From the NCBI GenBank assembly GCA_963773825.1, contig CAVZCH010000005.1, positions 12,372-76,371 on the forward strand: a stretch of 64,000 nucleotides of DNA, given 5' to 3'. Origin of the DNA: an uncultured Actinomycetes bacterium. GTDB taxonomy: Bacteria; Actinomycetota; Thermoleophilia; Gaiellales; Gaiellaceae. This document shows, in pieces, positions 50,604 to 60,884 of this stretch (positions are counted from its first letter, which is position 1; the number at the start of each line of letters is the position of its first letter). The notes beneath the pieces are model-generated. The model saw only the letters and a program-made list of their open reading frames with translations. It had not been told where the DNA came from and did no database searches. The translations under genes were made by a program, and so were the position numbers.

Positions 50604-52022
50604 ATGATTCGTCTTGCCGCCATCGTCACCTGTGTCGTCCTCGGCGGCGCCTGCACGGCAGGCGCGGCGCACCCGCTCCGTGGCCTCACCGGCTCGTGGG
50701 TCGGGACGTACCGACTCGTGGGAGACGCGCGGATCTCGTTCGAGATCCGAGGGCGGCAGGCGATGGTCGCGCTGGACGTCGGCCACGCCGGCGTGCAGAC
50801 CGTCGCGTTGACTGCGGACGGGAGCCGGGTGCGGTTCCGGCTACCAGGGCGTCCTGCTCCGCTCGTCTTCGACGGCCGCCTCACGTCCTCAGGCATCGTG
50901 GGGACGGTCCGGCAGGGCGAAGCGCGGGGCAGCTTCCGGGCCGGGCGCGGCCGCGCCCCCGAGCTCGTCGCGCGCGGGCTCTACACGGCCGGAGGCCGGG
51001 TGATGGGCGTGGTCGACGACCCGTACGGCCCCGCCCGTCTCGTCGATCTCGACTCCGGCCGCGTGCGCGCGCTGTATCCGATGGGCGGCTCCAGGTTCTT
51101 GATCGGAGCGGGGTTCGCGACGCGCGAGCCGAGCTCGGGCATCGCGACATTCGATGCGAAGCGCGCCCGCATCGATGGCGCGACCCTGCAGCGTCTCGCG
51201 CTACGGCAGATCGAGGTGCGCTTCCCGAGCGCAGGGGCAGTGCTCTCGGGGACGCTCACGCTGCCCTCCGGGCGGGGCCCGCACCCTGCCGTCGCCTGGG
51301 TCTCCGGTTCGGGCCCGACCGAGCGCGCCTACCTTCCCGACCTCCAGGCGTTGCTCGTCCGCCACGGCGTCGCCGTGCTCGCCTTCGACAAGCGCGGTGT
51401 CGGCCAGTCCTCGGGCTCCTATCCCGGCGAGTCGCCCACCGTGCACGCGATCGACGTCCTCGCGCGCGATGCCGCGGCCGCCGTCCGCTTCCTGGCCGTC
51501 CAGCCGGACGTCGACCGGTCGCGGGTCGGGCTCGCCGGCCACAGCCAGGCCGGGTGGATCATGCCGCTCGCGGCCTCGCGCGAGCCGCGGGCGCGATTCC
51601 TGATGGCATTCTCCGGGCCTGCGGTGACCGCCGACGAAAACGACCTCTTCCAGGACCTGGCGGGCGAGGGCGAGCGGCCGTCCACGCTGACCGACGCCGA
51701 GATCGACGCCCGGGTGGCCGCCGCCGGGCCGGGCGGATTCGACCCGGTTCCGTCGATCAGAAGGCTTCGGATTCCCGCGCTCTGGGTCTACGGCGGCCGC
51801 GATCGCCACGTCCCGCCCCGCCTCTCCGCGCTCCGGCTCCGACCGCTCGTCGACGAACCGGCGCGCGACTTCACGGTCACAGACTTCCCGAATGCCAATC
51901 ACGCCCTGGTGGAGACGAAGACCGGGCTCACGTCGGAGATGCTGCGGTCGGACACGTTCGCGCCCGGCCTGTTCGCCCGGGTCGGCGACTGGCTGAAGGC
52001 GCACGGCCTCGCTCCAAGCTGA
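50604..52022 (+). CDS. Exported alpha/beta hydrolase (S9/S15-like)
   Basis: Signal peptide, GSGP, FDKRGVGQS, GHSQAG, GGRDRHVP, NANH. Confidence 0.85.
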   Translation: MIRLAAIVTCVVLGGACTAGAAHPLRGLTGSWVGTYRLVGDARISFEIRGRQAMVALDVGHAGVQTVALTADGSRVRFRLPGRPAPLVFDGRLTSSGIVGTVRQGEARGSFRAGRGRAPELVARGLYTAGGRVMGVVDDPYGPARLVDLDSGRVRALYPMGGSRFLIGAGFATREPSSGIATFDAKRARIDGATLQRLALRQIEVRFPSAGAVLSGTLTLPSGRGPHPAVAWVSGSGPTERAYLPDLQALLVRHGVAVLAFDKRGVGQSSGSYPGESPTVHAIDVLARDAAAAVRFLAVQPDVDRSRVGLAGHSQAGWIMPLAASREPRARFLMAFSGPAVTADENDLFQDLAGEGERPSTLTDAEIDARVAAAGPGGFDPVPSIRRLRIPALWVYGGRDRHVPPRLSALRLRPLVDEPARDFTVTDFPNANHALVETKTGLTSEMLRSDTFAPGLFARVGDWLKAHGLAPS

Positions 52023-52314
52023 GAGCCGCCGACCCGCTCCCCTCGAGCGGAGCGGAATCCGGCATGGGGCTCAGCCGCTGAACGTCCGGGTCTCACCATC
52101 GCCGTCTACACGGCCGAGCCGAGCTCCAGGTCCGAGGAGGCGCTGAATCTGCTCGCGAGCCGCTCACCCGGAACGCCAAAATGAGGCCCGCAACGGCCTA
52201 GGCGCGTCACTCGGGAGCTTCTCCAGTGGTCGAGCGAACAGCGTGGCAAGGCCGAGTCTTGCCAACTGTTGCTGGCTTGAGCAACGCAGAAGAATCTTGT
52301 GCAGGGCCTCTTCA

Positions 52315-52343
52315 TGGGCGGTACTGGACTCGAACCAGTGACC
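52315..52343 (-). repeat. tRNA 3'-end fragment (Val-like), probable att scar
   Basis: GGTC-ACTGG-TTCGAGT-CCAGT-ACCGCCC-A forms an intact T-arm and acceptor strand; 21/29 identical to the tRNA-Ala 3' end at 58392. Confidence 0.75.
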
Positions 52344-52373
52344 GGTCAGGGCCTCGAATGGCCTTCATGTCCG

Positions 52374-55300
52374 TCAGACGGGTTCAGCCGCGAGCTCGTG
52401 CCGCAAACGATCGGGCTCCTCGAGCGTGCCAAGGCGATCGAGGATGGCGAGCGCCTCCTGCGCGCTCGCCGTGGCCTCCAGGTCGTCACCCGTGAGCCAC
52501 CTGGCGCGGCCAAGCGCTCCCAGCGCGAGCCCGAGCTCGTTCTCGGAGCCGCTCGCCCGCAGCGGCTCGATCGCCGGCTCGAGCCGGCGTACCGCCTCCT
52601 CGGCGTCGCCCCGAGCCAGGGCCACCTCTCCCAGGCACCGTGCGCTGGCGCCGAGGAAGAAGCTCGCCCCGCGACTCGCGGCCGCGGCATGGATCTCCAG
52701 GAGTAGCCGGTGCGCCCGCACGTCGTCGCCGGCGGTCAGGTACGCGTCGGCCAACCGCGGCGCGAGGAAAGTCCACGCCAACTCATGGCGTGCCGCCTTG
52801 GCCATCGGGACGATCTGCTCGAGGACGGGTAGTCCCTCATCAATGGCTCCCGTGTGACAGAGCGCCGGCGCCAGGAAGCCGAAGGCGAAACCGCGGAAGT
52901 ACACGGTCGGGGCGGTCTCCTTCGCAGCGGTGCCGTAGTCGATCGCGGTCGCCCAGTCCCGTTTCTCGACGCAGACCAGCGCGCCGATCGCGTTGCAGAA
53001 CGAGACCATGCCGGCGTCGGAACGCTCCGCGCCCGTCGCCACACCTTGGTCGACCTCGCGCAGCGCGGCTTCCCAGCGCCCCGCCATGATGTAGGTGAGC
53101 GCGGCGCCGGATCGTGCGTACATGTACGCCATCGGCTCGAAGCTGACGGCGAGGTGCTCCAGCGACCGCTCCGCGTAACGGTGGGCGCGCCCGTAGTCGC
53201 CAAGCATCATGTGCGCCCATTGCACCCCGCCGGCCGCGAGTGCCGCGTACTCGTGGTTCCCGGACCGCTCGCAGAGCTCGAGTGCCCGGCTGGCGGTCTC
53301 TCTCGCCTGGTCGAATTCGCCGAAGACGAGCTGACGGTGCCCCAAGCGTTGGTAGAACGCCCCGTGGAGGCCGGGATCGCTCTGCTCCAGCGCAAGCGAC
53401 TCGTGGCGGAGAAGCAGCTCGTGGTACTCCTCGTGGCGATGGAGGTAGTGGAATCCACCTGTCTGGTCGAGGACGAGCGTGAGCCTGCGCCTGCGGTTGT
53501 CCTCGGAGTCGGGTAGGTCTTCGAGGATCGCGAGCGCCTCGTAGAAGTAGCCGAGCGCCTCCTCCATCGCATGCTGTGCCGAGGCCTTGCGATTGGCGAG
53601 CTCGAGGTAGTCCGCGGCCCGCCCCCGCTCGGAGCTCCGCGAGTAGTGGAACGCGAGGAGCTCGTACTTCTCGTGGAGTCTGTCCGCATAGGAGCGCTCG
53701 ACCGCCGCGCCGGCGCGCGCGTGGAGAGAACGGCGACGCTCTTCCAGCAGGCCGTCGTAGGCAACGTCGCGGGTCAGCGCGTGTTTGAACACGAACGTCC
53801 GCTCAGTACCCCCATGCCGTTCGTGCAAGAACTCGCGCCGCTTGAGCTCGTCCAGGGCCGGGAGCAGCGCTCCATCACCGTCCCAGACACTCTCGATGAG
53901 GTCGAGCGAGAACTCGCGCCCGAGTACGGACGCGACGCGGACTGCGCTCTTCTCTCCGGCGTCGAGCCCGTCGATTCGTGCGGCCAGAACGTCCTGCACG
54001 GTTGTCGGGATCGAGCCGTCAGAGCGGCTGTCGGTCTCCTGTCGTGCGGCTCGAGCGAGCTCCTCGAGGAAGAAGGGGTTTCCCTCACCCCGACCGACGA
54101 TCCTCTCGGTCGCGTCGTTCGTCTCGCCGAGGATTGCTGCGACGATCCGTTCGCCGGCCTCCCGCGAGAGCGGCCGGAGGGCGATCTGGGTGACGTACGA
54201 CTTGCCGAGCCATGGGGGGTTGTAACCCGGGCGGTAGGTCGCCAGCAGGAGAACCGGGACGGAGGGCAGCTCGTCGACCAGCTCGGTCAGGAACTCCTCC
54301 GACGTGCGGTCGATCCAGTGCGCGTCTTCGATGACCACCAGCAGCGATCGAGTGGCTTTCGCGAGCAACAGCGTGCGCAGGGCCTCGAACGTTCGGCCCT
54401 TCAGCGTTGCCGGATCGAGCGCGAGGAGCTGAGCGTCACCGGACGTGACGTCGAGCGCGTGATGAAGGTAGCGACGGAGTTCCGGGTCCATGCCCAGCTC
54501 CTCGAGCGCCGTGCCGATCTTCGCGGCGACGATCTCACGGTCGTCGTCCGGCCCGATCCCGCACGCTTGCCGCACCAGATCGAGGATCGGGAGATAGGGA
54601 ACTGCGGTCCCGTACGGCAAGCAACGACCTTGAAGCACAACTGTGTCCACCCCGGCCACGAGCCGCAGCTCGTGGGCCAGGCGCGACTTGCCGAGGCCGG
54701 GATCGCCGGAAACGCCGATGACCTGTCCTTGCCGCGGCCGCGGAGCGAAGGGCCTCCCGCAGCGACTCGAGCTCCTCGTCTCGTCCCGAGAAGGGAGTGA
54801 GCTGCTGGTGTGCCTCGTCGATCGGGGACGTGCGCGGGCCGCGCCCGATGACGCGCAACGTGTGGACGGTGCGCTCGTCGACCGTCACCGGCTCTGTCTC
54901 CTCGAGATCGAAGTACCCACGCAGGTAGTCCGCGGTCGCGGTACTCACGAGCACATCTCCGGGGCGAGCCGCCCCATGCAGACGAGCTGCGAGCACCGTC
55001 GTGTCACCGGAGGCGGTGTAGTCCATCCGAAGGTCGTCGCCGATGGCACCGACGACCACCGAACCGGAGTTGATCCCGATCCGGACGTCGATCTCGGAGC
55101 GCTCCTTGACCGCGAGTGCGGCATGCGCGGCGCGGCGTGCGTGGTCCTCGTGGGCGATCGGGGCGCCGAAGAGGGCCATGAAGCCGTCGCCGAGGAACTG
55201 GTTGACCATGCCCTCGTAGCGGTGGACCTCAGCGAGCGCGAGTGCGAAGAAGCGATCGACGACCCGGTGATATTCCTCCGGGCCAACCTGCGCCGCCAGC

Positions 55301-56382
55301 TCGGGCGAGCGGACGATGTCGCAGAAGAAAACGCTCACCTGTTTCCGTTCGCCCTCGATCGCGCTGCGGATCGCGAGAATCTGGTCACTCAGATGGCGGG
55401 GCGTGTAGGTCGCCGGGGAAGGAGTCGCCTCGACGGCATGCCCGCACTCCGGGCAGAACTTCGAGTATTGGGGCAGGTTCGCTCCGCAGTCGTCGCACTT
55501 GCCGCCGACGAGCAAGGCGCCGGCGATGACGGGCGCGACCTTGCCTCGACCTCTTCCGGGCGGCTCGTCGTTCTTCGGCGGCGACCCAGGGCGGCGAGCG
55601 TCAGGTGCGAGGCCCTCGATCTCGGAGTCCGAGCTACCGGGCGAGTTGCGGAGGATCTCGAGATAGACGGCCTTGGACTCCGGCGAAGGGTAGGCGCCGA
55701 GCTCGTCGGCGAGGAAGCGCCGGCAGCGCTCGTACACGCGGAGTGCCTCGGCCGGGTTGCCGGCGGCGACGTGCGCCTGCATCAGCGCGCGGTAGCTGGT
55801 CTCGCGGAAGGGCTCGAGGTCGGTGATCTCGGCCGCGCACCGGACTGCATTCCCGAACTCCCCCTCGGCAAGCGCCGCATCGCGTAGGCATTCGAGCGCA
55901 CGCACGAGGACGTCGCGGAGGTCTCGCCGCTGATCTTCGACCCACCGTCCGTCCTCGCCGGGCAGAAACACCCGCCGAGCAAGCTCGGCCGCCGTCGAGG
56001 CCTGCGCCCGAGCCTCGTCGAGCTCCCGCCCGGCGAGTGCCGCTTCTCCCCGCTCCAGCGCGGTCACCGCCGCGTCGAGGTCGATCCAGGCGTCGGCGGG
56101 CAAGGTGAGCTGATAGCAGCCGAACGCGCTCCTCAACGCGCTCGAGCCGTCGATGCCGCACTCCTCGAGCAGCGCGCGCAGCTTCGTCGTCAGCACCCTG
56201 AGTGCCTTCTCCCACGTCGCCGGAAGGTCCTCGCCCCACAACAACTCGGCCAGCTCGTCACGAGGGACAGACCGCCCGTGCTGGACCGCCAGGTAGGCGA
56301 ACAGGATCCGACCCTGCCGGCCCGGGAACCGCTGCTCGTCAAGCGTCACGCCGTTCGCCTCGATGGCGAGACGGTCGTTCAT
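52374..56382 (-). CDS. BTAD/SARP + zinc ribbon + class III nucleotidyl cyclase + AAA ATPase + TPR regulator (~1330 aa; frameshift ~54730)
   Basis: RDELAELLW, EPFRE, ELGAYPS; CDDC..CPECG; FCDIV, FLGDG, RIGINSG; SGDPGLGKSRL; IEDAHWID; GNPFFLEE. Confidence 0.85.
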
Positions 56383-56564
56383 CGAGATTCGAACGCTCAG
56401 CCTGCCTGCCTCCTCCCAACCCTCCCTAGCCGCGCAGTAGCAGTGCGCTAGCGAGGGTCTAGCCGCCTGGCCGGAGTATCCGCTGCGACATGTTCTGTGA
56501 CAAGCCACGAGCGGCCGGCGGCGATCCATCCGTGGTCAGCGCGTGGACGCGGAAAGGAGATCGA

Positions 56565-56954
56565 ATGCGAACGCTACGTTTGCCGGTTGGGGCGCTTCTG
56601 CTCGCGCTGATGCTGGGCGCCGTTCTCGCGGTCGGCGCGTCGGCGACTCCGGTCGCCAAGACGGTGGCAACGGTGACATGTGAGGACGCCTCCGCGACGC
56701 TGCTCATGCACCCCGGCGAGGGCGGAAAGGCGATCTGGGACATCTCGGTGGAGAGCGTGCAAAACGCTCCCAGCTATCTCATCAAGCGCGTCGAAGGGAC
56801 GTTCTACGTCAGTGGAGAGGTGGTGGGAACGCTCGACAATTCGGTGGGAAAGAAGACCGGTTTCGGCGAGGACGAGCAAGTCACCTGCGCGTTCGAGGTG
56901 CACCGGAACGGCTTCGACGTGTACGGGACATTGCACCTTGTGCGGCTTCGCTGA
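56565..56954 (+). CDS. Secreted hypothetical protein
   Basis: AAAGGAG SD, signal peptide, two Cys. Confidence 0.7.
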   Translation: MRTLRLPVGALLLALMLGAVLAVGASATPVAKTVATVTCEDASATLLMHPGEGGKAIWDISVESVQNAPSYLIKRVEGTFYVSGEVVGTLDNSVGKKTGFGEDEQVTCAFEVHRNGFDVYGTLHLVRLR

Positions 56955-57282
56955 CCAGGCACTCCGCTGCGAATGCGGTTACGAGGTGCAAGCGTCGGAC
57001 GAGGCGGCGCGCGTGGACGAGGTACGGCGACACGCCTCGGAGGCGCACGGCATCGACCTCTCCGCCGACGTGGCGCTCGACGTCGTCCGCCGCGTTACGG
57101 CTCGTGCCGAGCAACGAACAGAGGAACGAGGTGGGCACCTCTTAGCGGTCGCTGGAGACAAGCATCTGCAACGCGAACGACCTGACGCCCAGAGGGGAGA
57201 CGCAGCGCACGAGCGCGCTGAGCCAGACGACTCGAGACGGGCGCCGGAGAGCTATCCCATCCGGAGAGGAGTAGATCGATGA
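56938..57282 (+). CDS. DUF1059-like small metal-binding protein (boundaries uncertain)
   Basis: LRCECGYEVQASDE...VRRHASEAHG. Confidence 0.55.
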   Translation: MCGFADQALRCECGYEVQASDEAARVDEVRRHASEAHGIDLSADVALDVVRRVTARAEQRTEERGGHLLAVAGDKHLQRERPDAQRGDAAHERAEPDDSRRAPESYPIRRGVDR

Positions 57283-57800
57283 TCAGAGGAAGTAGCGCGA
57301 GCAAGCGGGCCGGGCTCATCGTCGGCACCGCGCTCTTGATCCTTGCGGCCGGCGCCGCGGTCAACGTCGTCCCGTCGGCAGCGGTGGACCCGCCGCCGCC
57401 GATCGCAGCCGAGCCGCTCACGGCACGCTCGGTCTTCCCCGACCTGGTCGACATGAAGCTCAAGCTCAAGTCGCACGACGGGGGCACGACGGTGGTCAAC
57501 GTCGACGACCCGTCCCGCACGGTCGATGTCAGGTACACGGTGCAGCCGGGCGCTCGGTTCCCCTGGCACACGCACTCCGGGCCGGTGATCGTGAACATCG
57601 TCTCCGGCTCTCTCACGTACGTCGAGCCGGGCACGTGCGACGAGACGACGTATTCGCCGGGACAGGCGTTCGTCGATGCCGGGCACGGTCACGTCCACAG
57701 CGCCTACAACCCCGGCACGGAACCGACGGTGCTCATCGCCACGTTCTTCGAGGCGCCAGAGACGGGCGCGTTGCTGATCCCGGTAGACCCTGCTTGCTAG
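57279..57800 (+). CDS. Secreted cupin domain protein
   Basis: Signal peptide, PGARFPWHTHSGP, PGQAFVD..GHVH. Confidence 0.85.
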   Translation: MIRGSSASKRAGLIVGTALLILAAGAAVNVVPSAAVDPPPPIAAEPLTARSVFPDLVDMKLKLKSHDGGTTVVNVDDPSRTVDVRYTVQPGARFPWHTHSGPVIVNIVSGSLTYVEPGTCDETTYSPGQAFVDAGHGHVHSAYNPGTEPTVLIATFFEAPETGALLIPVDPAC

Positions 57801-58108
57801 CCAAGTCGGCGGAACCATGCGGCAGGCCGGTGGGCCAGGCGTCCACCGGCTCGCCGCGCGGCGGTCGGCAAGGCCCTGCTCTCGCTCGCCGCACCCGGAT
57901 ACCTGGTTGCGGTGTACGGGTTGAGTGTGACGCACGAGGGATCCTCCGGCCCACGCGAAACCCGGCTCTGCATACCCGTCTTCGACCACACGTCGCGGAC
58001 GCCGAACCATGCGCCTCATGTGACGGTAAGACCCGGCGGGTCGGTCTGTCTGGGGCCGTTGCCAGCCTGGTTGTCGCCGTGCCGTGTGTGACTCGTCACG
58101 TGACTGGG

Positions 58109-58453
58109 ATGTCGGAGTGGTTGGAAGCGCGGCGTGGCGAGGATGCCGAAGCCCGCCCGCATAGCGACGAGGAGTTTGTGACGGCAGACGACGTCGCCCG
58201 TCGTCTTCGCATGAGCGTGGATTGGGTCTACGAGCGCGCGAAGTCGGGCGACCTTCCGAGCTTCAAGCTTCCGGGCGGCCGCCGAATCTTCCGGTGGTCA
58301 GAGGTTGTGGCAACGCCCGAGGAGCGCTGCCGGGAGGGTGGGTTAGCGGCGACGTCGAGGAGTCGCCAGCGCCGATGGATGCCGATGATGATGGAGCGTG
58401 CCGGGCTCGAACCGGCGACCCCCAGCTTGCAAAGCTGGTGCTCTCCCAACTGA
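58109..58453 (+). CDS. Excisionase/AlpA-like HTH_17 protein (C-terminus probably decayed)
   Basis: FVTADDVARRLRMSVDWVYERAKSGDLPSFKLPGGRRIFRWSEV next to a tRNA 3' end. Confidence 0.7.
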   Translation: MSEWLEARRGEDAEARPHSDEEFVTADDVARRLRMSVDWVYERAKSGDLPSFKLPGGRRIFRWSEVVATPEERCREGGLAATSRSRQRRWMPMMMERAGLEPATPSLQSWCSPN

Positions 58454-58464
58454 GCTAACGCCCC
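58392..58464 (-). tRNA. tRNA-Ala(TGC), CCA not encoded
   Basis: GGGGCGT acceptor with G3:U70, CCAGC-TTTGCAA-GCTGG, GGTTCGAGCCC; TAGAAT -10 upstream. Confidence 0.97.
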
Positions 58465-58521
58465 GGGAGAGTCATTCTAGCCCGGCGGCCGGACTCGCTC
58501 CGGCCGCCGGGCGTCCGGGTG

Positions 58522-59199
58522 TCAGATCGTCCGGTCGCGGTGGTGCGGACCGAAGCCGAGAGGGCCGGGGGGGCCACCGAAGCGCCCCATCCCACGCTCG
58601 GGCCTCGTGCCGTTCGCCATGTCGGTCAGGCGCTGCTTCGCGTTCGCGAGGATCTGGTCGGCCTGCGCCTGCGTCAGGCGGCCGGCTTTCACGGCAGCGT
58701 CGAGCTCCTTCTTCTCGTCCGCGACGAGGGCGGCGACCAGCCCGTCGACGGACTTGCCCTTCGCCTTGGCGACGTCGGCGAGCGTCTTGCCGCCCGAGAG
58801 CTCGGAGCGGAGCTCCGCTGCGGTCGTGCCCAGGTAGGACGCCGCCGCGTCGAGGTGGCCGAACCCACCCATGCCCGGGCCGCCGCGGTGGCCGAAGCCC
58901 GGGCCGAAGCCCAAGCCGCCGAGCATCGGGTAGTCCTGCGCCTCGATGCGCTTCTTGAGCGCGTCGCCCTGCTCCTTCGTGAGGCGGCCGGCCGCGACCG
59001 CCGCGTCGACGCGGTTCTCGAGCGCCTTCTTCAGCGCATCCGAGAGCTTGGCCGGGGTGATCCCGAGCTGCTTCGCGGCGTCGTCGACGACCGCTTTGCT
59101 CTGCTCCTGCGGCGTGCCGACCTTCGACGCGGCAATCGCAGCGCCCGCACCGGCGACCGCGAGCGCGGCCGCACCTGCCATCAAGATCGTCCGTCTCAT
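58522..59199 (-). CDS. Secreted helical protein with internal repeat and Gly-rich low-complexity segments
   Basis: Signal peptide; repeated DAAV.AGRLT..Q; GKTLADVAKAKG. Confidence 0.8.
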   Translation of the reverse strand: MRRTILMAGAAALAVAGAGAAIAASKVGTPQEQSKAVVDDAAKQLGITPAKLSDALKKALENRVDAAVAAGRLTKEQGDALKKRIEAQDYPMLGGLGFGPGFGHRGGPGMGGFGHLDAAASYLGTTAAELRSELSGGKTLADVAKAKGKSVDGLVAALVADEKKELDAAVKAGRLTQAQADQILANAKQRLTDMANGTRPERGMGRFGGPPGPLGFGPHHRDRTI

Positions 59200-59263
59200 C
59201 GAGTCTCTCCCCTCACATGTCGAGCCTGCACCATGAATTGAGCCAGCCGGACCTGGCATTTCG

Positions 59264-59280
59264 CTGAGAGAGTCCTGTGG
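59264..59280 (-). promoter_or_regulatory. OmpR/MprA-like direct-repeat box
   Basis: CCACAG-N5-TCTCAG (11-bp period) upstream of the secreted protein gene. Confidence 0.45.
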
Positions 59281-59319
59281 GTTTCGCGCGTCCGGCCCGG
59301 CGACCGCTCCGGGCCCGGC

Positions 59320-60084
59320 TCAGCCGGAGGGAGGATGACGGGTGCCGTCTTGCTCGAGCTTGCGGAAGCCGCCGCTGAACCCCTGCGCCTGGCCGAGCGC
59401 CGTGCGCTGCGTCTCGAGCTTGCGCAGGCGGGCCTCGAGCTCCCGCACGTCGGGGCCGCCCCAGCCGTCCTCGCGCTCGTCGAGGTCGCGCTCGCGCTGG
59501 GCGAGGAGCTGCTCACGCGCCGCGATGGCATCCGAGTGGTCGGCGAGCTCGCGGCGCGTGCGCAGGAACGCCTCCTCGGCGGCGCGCAGCTCGTCGAGAC
59601 GGGCCTCGATCTCGGCCAGCCGGGCGGCGTCGGGATCCACCGGGATCCGCTCGCGCTCCTCCACCGCACGCTCACGCTCCTCGAGCCGGGCCAGCCGACC
59701 CTCGAGGTCACGCGCACGGGCCTCCAGCGCCGCCTCGCGCTCCGCAAGCGCGCCGTCGCCATTCGCCACACCCCGACGATGTCCGTCACCGGAGGCGAGT
59801 GCCGCCTCGCGAGCGGCGACCGCGCGCTCACGCTCGGCGACGGCGGCGGCGCGGTTGGCGATCCGGGCCGAGTCCGGGTCGACGCGAGGCGGGAGCTGGA
59901 CCCCGGGGGCCTGGCCGGCACCGACGCGGGCGATCGCGGCCCGGAGCTCGTCCTCCCGCTGCTTCACCGCGGCAACCCGCTCGGCGAGCTGGTGCTTCAG
60001 CGTCTCGAGGGCGGCACGCTGCTCGGCGAGAGCCTGGCGTTCCTGTGCGACGGGGTCGTCGCTCTCGGCACGGCGTGCGATCAC
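59320..60084 (-). CDS. Coiled-coil hypothetical protein
   Basis: Glu/Arg/Ala heptads; TACCAT-N6-GTG. Confidence 0.7.
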   Translation of the reverse strand: MIARRAESDDPVAQERQALAEQRAALETLKHQLAERVAAVKQREDELRAAIARVGAGQAPGVQLPPRVDPDSARIANRAAAVAERERAVAAREAALASGDGHRRGVANGDGALAEREAALEARARDLEGRLARLEERERAVEERERIPVDPDAARLAEIEARLDELRAAEEAFLRTRRELADHSDAIAAREQLLAQRERDLDEREDGWGGPDVRELEARLRKLETQRTALGQAQGFSGGFRKLEQDGTRHPPSG

Positions 60085-60153
60085 GTGCACATGGTACGGC
60101 GAACCCGCTGCATTCCCTGCCGGAAACGCGGATCTGCGGGTTCGCCGTCCCGG

Positions 60154-60396
60154 CTATGCGGCGCGCTCGAGCCGCTCTTCGGCCCGTGCCCGCCGAACGA
60201 TCTCGTCACGCTCGCCGAACCTGATCCGGGCCCGCTCGGCCCTGATCATCGCCCAGAGCTCGTCGAGCCGCGCGTCGAGCGCCTTGATCTCCTCCACCAC
60301 CGTGGGATCGCGTCCCTGCGACAGCGAGTTCCAGAGCGCCACTCGTCGCTCGCTCAGCTCCTCGATCTCGGTGTGGAACCGTGGGATGGTGTCCAT
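60154..60396 (-). CDS. Small helical protein (DUF2630-like)
   Basis: IEELSERRVALW...LDARLDELWAMIRAERAR. Confidence 0.65.
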   Translation of the reverse strand: MDTIPRFHTEIEELSERRVALWNSLSQGRDPTVVEEIKALDARLDELWAMIRAERARIRFGERDEIVRRARAEERLERAA

Positions 60397-60405
60397 GGTG
60401 AACAC

Positions 60406-60431
60406 AACGATCGCTCGGTCTCGAGCATTCC
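60406..60431 (-). promoter_or_regulatory. SigR/SigH-type ECF promoter
   Basis: GGAAT-N18-GTT, 9 nt before ATG 60396. Confidence 0.5.
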
Positions 60432-60446
60432 CATTTCGAGAGATCT

Positions 60447-60536
60447 CTAACGTCGGCGGCCGAACAGGTAGAGCGCGATCACGACGGCGCCGAGCCCGAG
60501 CGCGACCCAGGTGAGCACGCCGAGGAGGGTCGTCAC
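60447..60536 (-). CDS. 29-aa single-TM microprotein
   Basis: MTTLLGVLTWVALGLGAVVIALYLFGRRR; GTGA coupling to upstream stop; GC3-biased codons. Confidence 0.6.
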   Translation of the reverse strand: MTTLLGVLTWVALGLGAVVIALYLFGRRR

Positions 60537-60859
60537 TCGTACCCGAGCTCCGCGAGCCGGTGCTCGTCGAGCCCGAAGTAGTGCCCGAGCTCGTGCAGGA
60601 CGGTGATCCGGATCTCGTCGCGGAGCTCGTCCACGTCCTCGAAGTCGTCCTCCAGCGGTCGCCGGAAGATCGCGATCCGGTTCGGCAGGTCGCCGGGCGC
60701 GGGCCCGCCCTCGGTGAGCGGCACGCCGTCGAAGACGCCGTACAGGTCGGGGTCGTCGGGGTCCTCGTCCTCGACGACGACCGCGACGTTCCGCAGGCCG
60801 GCCGCGATCTGGGGCGGCAGGCTGTCGAGCGCCTCGCGGACGACGTCGTCGAAGGCCAC
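60533..60859 (-). CDS. Minimal zincin metallopeptidase (Zincin_1)
   Basis: LYGVFDGVPL, PNRIAIFRRPL, ITVLHELGHYFG. Confidence 0.9.
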   Translation of the reverse strand: MAFDDVVREALDSLPPQIAAGLRNVAVVVEDEDPDDPDLYGVFDGVPLTEGGPAPGDLPNRIAIFRRPLEDDFEDVDELRDEIRITVLHELGHYFGLDEHRLAELGYE

Positions 60860-60884
60860 GCGCGAAGGATACGAAGCCGCCCGA

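Noticed and set aside
56483-56502. CTGCGACA/CTGTGACA direct repeat as a SARP binding site
   Set aside because: The period is 12 bp rather than the usual 11 and there are only two copies; too weak to call
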